64,000 nt of DNA from a virus, in the IMG/VR virus record IMGVR_UViG_3300045988_117450, positions 28,684 to 92,683 of that record; one strand, 5' to 3'. The notes beneath the pieces are model-generated. The model made no database searches. It saw only the letters and a list, made by a program, of their open reading frames with translations, and had not been told where the DNA came from. Positions 26,970-34,176 of the stretch are shown here, piece after piece (the stretch's first letter is position 1; every line of letters starts with the position of its first letter). A program made the translations under genes and the position numbers.

Positions 26970-27699
26970 GAAGAAGATTTGAAACATCATTAAAAATATA
27001 TGAATATCAAATAGTTAGCAACTGTATAGGGGGGGGGTAATCATTGATGATGAAATAGTCGGTACCGTTCCACAAAGTGGTGTATTTACCTTTCTTTCTA
27101 TAAAACAACGTCTGGGTTCTATAAGTATCCAAGGAGGAGTCCCATCTAATACAAAAGAGACTATCAGCGAACAAACAGAATCTACGAAAGAGCTTGTAGA
27201 GAAGGATGACATTAAACTTATTATAGGTAGAGTAGAATCTCCTTCTTTAGGTTTTTTGATACGTCTTTATTTGCCTGACCAGTTTACAGTGAGAGAACAA
27301 GAAAAGAAATATGTAACATATCGTGAAATACTATATACTGCTCCTGGTAAAAAATACAATGTAAACAATGATAATCCTATTGTAATGAATTACACCAGTG
27401 AGCAACATGAGTACCCAGATACGATAATAGGAGATCCTGTAGATAAGATCTACGAAACCGGCTCAGATACATCATGGAGTTGCGAACTTGTTGAAACTAA
27501 TATTGAACCAGAGCCTTCTCCTACATCTTTTCAAAATTTGACCCTAACATCAATAGTCAGACCTATTATAACCAGGTTGGGTCAAGGCACTTTATATGCC
27601 ACCTATTCCGCTCATATAAAACTTGAATTATATTCTAAAGCGTATGGAAGTATAGGTGAATATGTGGTAACATCGGAGACAGTTACGTTCGACAATTAA
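26966..27699 (+). pseudogene. gene split by a 1-nt frameshift in a G9 homopolymer (27029-27037). Frame 2 runs ATG 26966 to TAA 27038-27040; frame 1 is open from 27019 to 27699 with no canonical start before TTG 27256.
   Basis: Direct reading: ATG AGA AGA AGA TTT ... AAC TGT ATA GGG GGG GGG TAA. One extra G fuses the two frames into a continuous ~245-aa ORF MRRRFETSLKIYEYQIVSNCIGGGVIIDDEIVGTVPQ...VTFDN. The 79 upstream codons in frame 1 contain no stop and no ATG/GTG/TTG. Confidence 0.6.
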
Positions 27700-27701
27700 A
27701 A

Positions 27702-27746
27702 CAATTCTGCATATAGAATCTATACTATCATCTATATGCAGAATTG
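27702..27746. terminator. bidirectional terminator-like hairpin (perfect 15-bp arms CAATTCTGCATATAG / CTATATGCAGAATTG, 15-nt loop) at the convergence of the plus and minus gene blocks
   Basis: Perfect inverted repeat between the plus-strand stop at 27699 and the minus-strand stop at 27761. Confidence 0.5.
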
Positions 27747-27760
27747 TATATATAACTGCC

Positions 27761-27925
27761 TTAATCATTTGGAATAACTCCCACTACTTCTTCTGTTGCA
27801 GCTTTTTGTTTAACAAAATCTTCTGCCTCATCCCAAGAAGTAGCCCATATTTCACCAGCGTATTTTCGCCCGTTGATTTCAAATTCTGTCAAAAATTTCT
27901 TTTGTTTTTCTTCTTTTGTTTTCAT
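27761..27925 (-). CDS. small hypothetical protein (54 aa; below the ORF-track cutoff)
   Basis: ATG ORF MKTKEEKQKKFLTEFEINGRKYAGEIWATSWDEAEDFVKQKAATEEVVGVIPND, co-directional with the minus block. Confidence 0.3.
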   Translation of the reverse strand: MKTKEEKQKKFLTEFEINGRKYAGEIWATSWDEAEDFVKQKAATEEVVGVIPND

Positions 27926-27981
27926 AACTATAATTTTAAAAAGTGAATAATTAATTGAGATATATAATTATCTTAATTGAT

Positions 27982-28461
27982 TTATAAAAAATGTACCCTA
28001 TCTGTGAAAACTAAACCAATACCTTCTATAATATATCCTACTACAGGAGCTTTGTCAAATTCCTCCTTCGTAGCCCAAGTAGCATTATCAGGCATCAGTT
28101 CCTTAAATGCGTCCGAAACATCACCTTGGCACCAGCAGTTATTTGATACAACAACGCCTTTCCCTTCGATATTGACATACATTTTTCTTCCACCACATCC
28201 AAGGCCATTCCATCCTCTTGGCACGTTTTCCACCATAGGCTTAAGCACCCAGCTTTCACCGTCTATCCTAACCCATCCCGGATCGTCTTTGTGTTTGTCG
28301 TACATATTTTGCCAAAAAGAGCATTCGTAGCACCATCCCTTGTCTTCCATGATAGTTCTTATCTCACACCTTTCAAATCCATCTGCATCCATCGTGTGCG
28401 GAGAATGAGGCTGGTGAGGGGTGCCACATTTCGGACATACGAGTTTTAAATTCTTTTCCAT
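27982..28461 (-). CDS. hypothetical Cys-rich (zinc-binding-like) protein (159 aa)
   Basis: CPKCG...CYEC plus further Cys/His residues. Confidence 0.5.
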   Translation of the reverse strand: MEKNLKLVCPKCGTPHQPHSPHTMDADGFERCEIRTIMEDKGWCYECSFWQNMYDKHKDDPGWVRIDGESWVLKPMVENVPRGWNGLGCGGRKMYVNIEGKGVVVSNNCWCQGDVSDAFKELMPDNATWATKEEFDKAPVVGYIIEGIGLVFTDRVHFL

Positions 28462-28462
28462 A

Positions 28463-28696
28463 TTATTTAATTTTTACGATCTTAATGGAATCTCCTATAT
28501 TGTATTCCCCTTGGTGCCCAACGAATTTTATTAACCTATTACTGTGAGCTATTGAAACTCTTTCGTCTTCACCATAATACATTATACATCCACCACGTAA
28601 AGGTTTTAAATCGTATATAACCCATCCGTCATTAACTTGATTATCATATTTGCATGATGATAATACAAGTGTCATCAATAAAACAAAATATTTCAT
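28463..28696 (-). CDS. small lipoprotein (77 aa)
   Basis: Signal peptide with lipobox MKYFVLLMTLVLSS-C. Confidence 0.5.
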   Translation of the reverse strand: MKYFVLLMTLVLSSCKYDNQVNDGWVIYDLKPLRGGCIMYYGEDERVSIAHSNRLIKFVGHQGEYNIGDSIKIVKIK

Positions 28697-28703
28697 ATTA
28701 TTT

Positions 28704-28895
28704 TCAACATAAAAATTTATAACCTGGTTTTACCGCTTCCGCTTCTTCTTTTGTATCAAACATTAAGGTAGTAACGGCTCCCATGCCATAACAATCGTAA
28801 GACACTTTCACCCACCACCTGAAAATTCCCGATCCGTAATCATCATAATACGGCTCGGAAAGAACCTCTTCTACGTACCCATCTAAGTAATTCAT
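28704..28895 (-). CDS. hypothetical protein (63 aa)
   Basis: ORF in the minus block. Confidence 0.4.
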   Translation of the reverse strand: MNYLDGYVEEVLSEPYYDDYGSGIFRWWVKVSYDCYGMGAVTTLMFDTKEEAEAVKPGYKFLC

Positions 28896-29614
28896 GATCG
28901 TTCCTCCTTATTTTTAGATTCTGCTTCTTCGAGTATGCTAATTACTTTGTCAACAATATCTGAATCGGACATTTTCTCAATAAAAACATCCATCGCCTTA
29001 GTTATGTCATTGGCTTCTTTTTCTTCAAGAGCTATTTCTCCACCGGTAATAGCATCAGATAATGATGTAGATAAGTGTCTTATCTTATCAATGTTCATAA
29101 ACGTAAATGGATTACCACCTTGACCTCCACCCATTTCTTTCATGATCTGATATCCACCTGAGATAAGTCTGCCTGATGTCGTGGCCAAGGAGGATACGAT
29201 AAGGGCCAGGACCGCCGCTTCCGTCCGCTCCTCAGACACACCCTTCGACCACACGGCTGCCCTTATAGCGCCAGCCAGGTTGTCTATGTATGGCATGAGG
29301 CAGTCTTCCATAACTTGTGTTATATCAGCTATAACCTCACTACGCTCTTTATTTATGTAGTAGATAGAAGCATTGTACCTCTTTATCTCTTTGTCCATAT
29401 CATTTAAAAGACGCTTGATATTGTGCTTATACATAGGACTGGTTTTAATTACTTCCTTTAGCTTAAGAATGTAATTATAAGCCTGGTCGTTTACGAACAA
29501 CGTCATGGTCTCAACCGTTGAATGAAGCGTGTTAAGACTGTTAAGAATCTTATCGAAATTGTTTATCAAATAAGCTTTTCTGGCTTTTGCTGCATAGTTA
29601 ATCATCGTATTCAA
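28892..29614 (-). CDS. hypothetical protein (240 aa)
   Basis: ORF in the minus block; contains GC-rich island 29180-29282. Confidence 0.5.
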   Translation of the reverse strand: MNTMINYAAKARKAYLINNFDKILNSLNTLHSTVETMTLFVNDQAYNYILKLKEVIKTSPMYKHNIKRLLNDMDKEIKRYNASIYYINKERSEVIADITQVMEDCLMPYIDNLAGAIRAAVWSKGVSEERTEAAVLALIVSSLATTSGRLISGGYQIMKEMGGGQGGNPFTFMNIDKIRHLSTSLSDAITGGEIALEEKEANDITKAMDVFIEKMSDSDIVDKVISILEEAESKNKEERS

Positions 29615-30119
29615 ATTTTAGATTTTCAAGTTCGTGTATTTGTAACTTAAGAGACTTAATTAAGTCCGTTCTCTGTTCCTCTGCATATTTTAAAGCTTCT
29701 TCTTTACTTTTAAAAGCTTGATACCCCATCGTATAAGGAGTGAACCGGTTAGGGGTGTCGGCTAATAAAGTACCATCATAATCTTCTATTTTAGCTTTTA
29801 CTTTTCTTATCTTACCATCTTGCATACATGTGTCTGTAATCCACACAAATGTATCATACATTTCTTCATATAATTCATACCATTCCGGCTTAGGAAATCT
29901 TAATGTGAATCTAATTTCGGTATCTTTCTCTAAGACATTAATATCATACGCCTCCGGCCACAGTTCTTTTATGCTGTCTTCATCTTCAGCATACGCCACC
30001 AATACAAATGAATTACTGGATTCTGCACTACACCAATATGGATATTTTATAGGCCATTTGACTGGACAGTAATCATTGTTACAGTCATCCTTTCTAATGT
30101 AAAATCTTGCTTTAATCAT
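29598..30119 (-). CDS. hypothetical protein (173 aa)
   Basis: ORF in the minus block. Confidence 0.5.
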   Translation of the reverse strand: MIKARFYIRKDDCNNDYCPVKWPIKYPYWCSAESSNSFVLVAYAEDEDSIKELWPEAYDINVLEKDTEIRFTLRFPKPEWYELYEEMYDTFVWITDTCMQDGKIRKVKAKIEDYDGTLLADTPNRFTPYTMGYQAFKSKEEALKYAEEQRTDLIKSLKLQIHELENLKFEYDD

Positions 30120-30120
30120 G

Positions 30121-30429
30121 TTATTCTACTTTTTTGATTTCGCTTAAATCGTCTTCATGCACCAAATAAGATCCTCTTCCCGGTCTTCCTTCTTTATTAA
30201 CTTCCTGGATTGTAAATATAACTGTTCCAGGACTCATGATTTGCACGCTCTTAAAGAAACCAACAAGAGGCTCTTTCGAACGTTTGTAAAAAACGCTCAC
30301 TTTATCTCCCTTCTTTAACCCATAAACAGAATCGAAATACTCTTTTTTGATTCTATCAATATTGTCTTTATGATTTCTTATAGCACGAAGCTCTTTTTCC
30401 CATAAATAATTTAGCTGTTCTTTTGTCAT
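30121..30429 (-). CDS. hypothetical protein (102 aa)
   Basis: ORF in the minus block. Confidence 0.45.
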   Translation of the reverse strand: MTKEQLNYLWEKELRAIRNHKDNIDRIKKEYFDSVYGLKKGDKVSVFYKRSKEPLVGFFKSVQIMSPGTVIFTIQEVNKEGRPGRGSYLVHEDDLSEIKKVE

Positions 30430-31169
30430 TTCTTTTCCTCCTTGTTTAAAGGCATTAACCCTTTTCCGTGCTTATCATACCACAGCATAGCTATACAGTT
30501 CCATGCGCATTGTGCAAGATGAAAACATCCTGTATCAGAATCCACTCTTTCTCCTTTCATGTATTCTATCAGGTGTCTAAACATTGCAGCGCGGTACCGT
30601 TCAAAGCCGTTGTCAAGATTCTGCCAATTATTAGGACCATATTTCTTGGCTCCGGCATGATAGACTCTTACAATATCCTCAATTTCTTCCATCGGAAGCA
30701 AATCCCATCGTAGTTTATCATCAATGATGTCATTTTTCACCGATTTTCCTTCTTTTTTATTATTTCTTTTTTCTGAACTAACAGGTTCTAATAATTCTAA
30801 GGGCATACAAATCTTTCCCCCTTCATAATATATGACAGCCATAACATCTACATTGTAGACATCTTCCGCCAACTCAACTATAGCTCCTCCAGGAACAATG
30901 TCATCTTTAAAAGAATAATCCTTTTTAACAAAAAGCAATTCTCCTTCTTTGAAAAGGACATCATCATTCTTTAGTATATAATCAACTGGTATATCGATCT
31001 CCATACGACCTTCATACGACAGCGTGGCCTCCTTATCTCCTTTTTTGATATCTTTTTCACACACAACCTTAAGCCCTTTTTTGGCTACTAATGTTTTATA
31101 AGCATGAACATCTTTGTTAATAACCACGCTTTCCCCCTTTGGGATAATAATATCATCCATCTTTTCCAT
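30426..31169 (-). CDS. hypothetical protein with a C-terminal domain resembling the phage dATP/dGTP diphosphohydrolase-like (DUF5664-type) domain (247 aa)
   Basis: C-terminal LRWDLLPMEEIEDIVRVYHAGAKKYGPNNWQNL...RYRAAMFRHL...GCFHLAQCAWNCIAMLWY resembles that family signature as recalled; not verified. Confidence 0.4.
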   Translation of the reverse strand: MEKMDDIIIPKGESVVINKDVHAYKTLVAKKGLKVVCEKDIKKGDKEATLSYEGRMEIDIPVDYILKNDDVLFKEGELLFVKKDYSFKDDIVPGGAIVELAEDVYNVDVMAVIYYEGGKICMPLELLEPVSSEKRNNKKEGKSVKNDIIDDKLRWDLLPMEEIEDIVRVYHAGAKKYGPNNWQNLDNGFERYRAAMFRHLIEYMKGERVDSDTGCFHLAQCAWNCIAMLWYDKHGKGLMPLNKEEKK

Positions 31170-31213
31170 TGTTTTATCGTCTTTTTAATTATTTGATATA
31201 ATAATATAGTCCA

Positions 31214-31579
31214 TCATTTTTCTTTTGCAAAGCGATCAAATTCTTCTCCGCTCATAACAATGCGGTTAATGATAATTATGCCGTTATTGCTATAATCATC
31301 ACTTTTAACTCCCATATCATCAAGCTCCTTCTCTAAGTCTTCAAATGTGGGACCTTTCTTGTCTTTAAAAAATAAAGTAGCATGTACAACCTTTCCGTCG
31401 TTTAGTTTTACTCTCACGGTATAGATATACCCTTTTTCCTCTTCATCCTTTTTGTTGACACCATCAAGGATGCTATTTATCATATCTTTGTCCTCACGTG
31501 ATAGGTTGGATATAGCTATTCTGCCCTTTAATCTAAATACTTCGTTTTCGTTCATGACTTTCTGTTTTATTGTTTTCAA
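31214..31579 (-). CDS. hypothetical protein (121 aa)
   Basis: ORF in the minus block. Confidence 0.45.
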   Translation of the reverse strand: MKTIKQKVMNENEVFRLKGRIAISNLSREDKDMINSILDGVNKKDEEEKGYIYTVRVKLNDGKVVHATLFFKDKKGPTFEDLEKELDDMGVKSDDYSNNGIIIINRIVMSGEEFDRFAKEK

Positions 31580-31838
31580 AATATTGTCTTACGGCTTCTA
31601 TGGCTTTATCATCATCAAAAGCTTCTTCAAACTCCGTATAGAATCTATCTCGTTCCATGCAGAACGTGTTCTTCCCTTCCGGTATAGGACGGAATACAAC
31701 CACCCTCTCTTTGGCGTGGTTGGTTCCTATTATGTTATTATCCAATACGATGGAATATCTTTTTGAACTTTTGTTGATAACAACATCATGTTTAAGACCA
31801 TATAATTTAAGTATCTCTCTTAATTCATTTGTTTCCAT
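31533..31838 (-). CDS. hypothetical protein (101 aa)
   Basis: ORF in the minus block. Confidence 0.45.
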   Translation of the reverse strand: METNELREILKLYGLKHDVVINKSSKRYSIVLDNNIIGTNHAKERVVVFRPIPEGKNTFCMERDRFYTEFEEAFDDDKAIEAVRQYFENNKTESHERKRSI

Positions 31839-31947
31839 TTATATGATGCAAAATAATATCAAAAATAATTAATTCTATTTCATAATCCAAATGAAATATG
31901 TATCTTAGATACATGGTTTGTAAATAGCATTTAATGTATTAAAAATC

Positions 31948-33180
31948 ATGAGATTAGTATATAAGTTTAACATAGGACAAAATGAAAATATATCATCTTT
32001 GTGCAAGATTAGCAACAACTTGTACAACCAAGCATTGTATATTTTCAGAGAAACACTTTCTAAAGAAGATAAGTGGTTATCCTATTTTGAACTTGATGCT
32101 ATCATGAAGAATACCAAGAACTTAGATGGAGACATTAATTACAGATTACTAAAGGCGCAATGTTCTCAACAAGTTCTTCGTATTCTTGATAAAAACATTA
32201 AAGGTTACTACAAATCGGTCCAAGATTACAAGAAAAATTATAATAAGTATAGGGAAAAACCTGGTCTTCCAAATTACAAAAAGAGAGGTTATGAGTTCAA
32301 TTTGTATTACACGAGTCAGAGTTGCAAAATAAAAGATGGGAAAATAATCCTATCAAAAGATATTTCAATACCCATTCCTCAATATGAGAAGTATTCTGAT
32401 TTGATAAAAGATTTCAAACAGATTAGAATAAAACCATTAGCATGTGGATATAAAATAGAAATCATTTATGAGGTAAAAGATGCTGAAGTATCTAAAGGTA
32501 GAGAAGAGAAGATTGCTTCCATTGATTTAGGAATAGACAATCTTGCAACTCTTATCAGTGAAGATTTTACTGTTCTATTTAGTGGCAAATTTGTTAAATC
32601 ATACAATCAATTGTTTAACAAAGCACTTGCTAAATTAAATAGCATAAAGGATTTACAAAAGATAAAAGGAACAACAAAACGAATAAAGAAATTATATTAT
32701 GATAGAGAACAGTACATAGAAGATGTCTTTCATAAAATCAGTAGAAAGATAGTTAATTTACTTATCGATTCCAAGATAACAAAATTAATTGTAGGCTACA
32801 ACAAGGGATGGAAAACTGGAGTAAACATGGGTAAAAGGAATAACCAGAAGTTTACACAAATCCCTTTTGCGAGATTGGTGAGTTACTTAGAATATAAATG
32901 TGAATTAGCTGGTATTGAAATAGTTATTCATGAAGAGTCATATACTTCAAAATGTGATTCATTAGCATTTGAGAAGATAGGAAAACATGAAAACTATTTA
33001 GGAAAAAGGAAGAACCGAGGATTGTTTCAATCCTCGGTAGGAAAACTCATAAATGCAGACGTAAATGGAGCATTAAACATTATGAGAAAAGTAGTCGGTG
33101 ATTCCTGTGAATCAATTCGTAGGATAATCGATAGAGGGTTATTGTTTAACCCGGTAAGGATTACGAATGTATTTTGCTAA
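31948..33180 (+). CDS. tnpB: TnpB-like / IS605 OrfB-family protein, third distinct family (410 aa)
   Basis: RuvC-I SIDLGIDNLATLISED; ...HEESYTSKCDSL...C; C-terminal ADVNGALNIMRK (RuvC-III). IS891/IS1136/IS1341-like architecture. Upstream perfect palindrome ATGTATC-TTA-GATACAT (31884-31900). No tnpA. Confidence 0.7.
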   Translation: MRLVYKFNIGQNENISSLCKISNNLYNQALYIFRETLSKEDKWLSYFELDAIMKNTKNLDGDINYRLLKAQCSQQVLRILDKNIKGYYKSVQDYKKNYNKYREKPGLPNYKKRGYEFNLYYTSQSCKIKDGKIILSKDISIPIPQYEKYSDLIKDFKQIRIKPLACGYKIEIIYEVKDAEVSKGREEKIASIDLGIDNLATLISEDFTVLFSGKFVKSYNQLFNKALAKLNSIKDLQKIKGTTKRIKKLYYDREQYIEDVFHKISRKIVNLLIDSKITKLIVGYNKGWKTGVNMGKRNNQKFTQIPFARLVSYLEYKCELAGIEIVIHEESYTSKCDSLAFEKIGKHENYLGKRKNRGLFQSSVGKLINADVNGALNIMRKVVGDSCESIRRIIDRGLLFNPVRITNVFC

Positions 33181-33238
33181 TAAGTACATTTTGAAACTTA
33201 TAAAGAAATGTAATAAGTTTTATTGAATTTAATATTTT

Positions 33239-33598
33239 TCATAACATTATTCCTTCCAAATTTACTTTAATAGAACCATTTATGGTTTTAATGCTCCCAT
33301 CTATGGTTGAAATCACATCATCTAAATCATTTATAATACTTTCCATGTCATCAACCACCTCCTCCATATCAGTTACAGCCTGATCTGATTCCCAATATCT
33401 TTCTGAGTCTTGTAACGATTCCGGTATATTATCTCTCGCCTCCGTCTCTTCATCTAAAATCATATCAATATCATCTTTGGCTGAATTTATGTTGTGCTTT
33501 AACTCCGATAACTTTGATTTGATGTATTCAAAATCTGTTTTATACTTATTTGCGTTTTTGATAACATCTGATATTTTTTTTCTTCTCTTGTTGTTCAT
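33239..33598 (-). CDS. hypothetical acidic coiled-coil protein (119 aa)
   Basis: ATG at 33596-33598 lies only 12 nt from the left end of IS copy 2, so the native upstream region was displaced by the insertion. Confidence 0.45.
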   Translation of the reverse strand: MNNKRRKKISDVIKNANKYKTDFEYIKSKLSELKHNINSAKDDIDMILDEETEARDNIPESLQDSERYWESDQAVTDMEEVVDDMESIINDLDDVISTIDGSIKTINGSIKVNLEGIML

Positions 33599-33610
33599 GC
33601 TTTTATGATT

Positions 33611-34176
33611 ATTTAACCAACAAAACCACCATACTTTAGTAGGTAGATGAATTGGTTTGATTAATTTTGAATCAAAATTACAGATAAAAAGGAGACTGTT
33701 TGAACTCCAACAAGCGTATCGTAAAATAAACGATCTTCGATCGGATTTTCAATGGGGATTAGCTCATCAGTTATGCAAACAGTATGATTATATTTTTATT
33801 GAAGATCTAAACATTGAAGGAATGAAACGTTTGTGGGGAAAGAAAGTTTCTGACCTCAGTCATTCTTCTTTTATTAACAAACTTACGTATGTTGCTTCAA
33901 AGTATGGAGTAACGATACACAAGATTGACAAATGGTATCCTTCTTCCAAAACTTGCGAATGCGGCTGCATTAATAAAGGACTGTCGTTACGCGACCGCAC
34001 GTGGGTATGCCCGGCGTGCGGTGCCATTAACGACCGTGATGTTCTTGCAGCCCGTAATATACTTCGGAAGGGCATTTCCGAATTGGAGAGCAAGAGTAAT
34101 TCCAGCGATAGTAATATCGGGGTTTCTTGCGCTTGTATCCAAGAATCCCATTTGCTTTAGCTATGGGAGTATGTCA
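33611..34176 (+). mobile_element. internally deleted (566 bp) derivative of the 7133-8370 IS200/IS605-type element, inverted relative to copy 1
   Basis: Left end ATTTAACCAACAAAACCACCAT... and right end ...GGGAGTATGTCA shared with copy 1. About 672 bp deleted between the first 11 codons and the RRRLFELQQ region; a few percent SNP divergence. TTATGAT directly upstream of the left end, as in copy 1. Confidence 0.75.
33657..34160 (+). pseudogene. tnpB: tnpB remnant (lacks RuvC-I and the REC/WED region; retains RuvC-II, zinc finger, RuvC-III and the 3' omega-RNA-encoding region)
   Basis: 167-aa ORF MINFESKLQIK|RRLFELQQAYRK...IFIEDLNIEGMKR...CECGCIN...CPACGAIN...DRDVLAARNI, collinear with the C-terminal 155 aa of the protein at 7149..8324. 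Confidence 0.7.
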
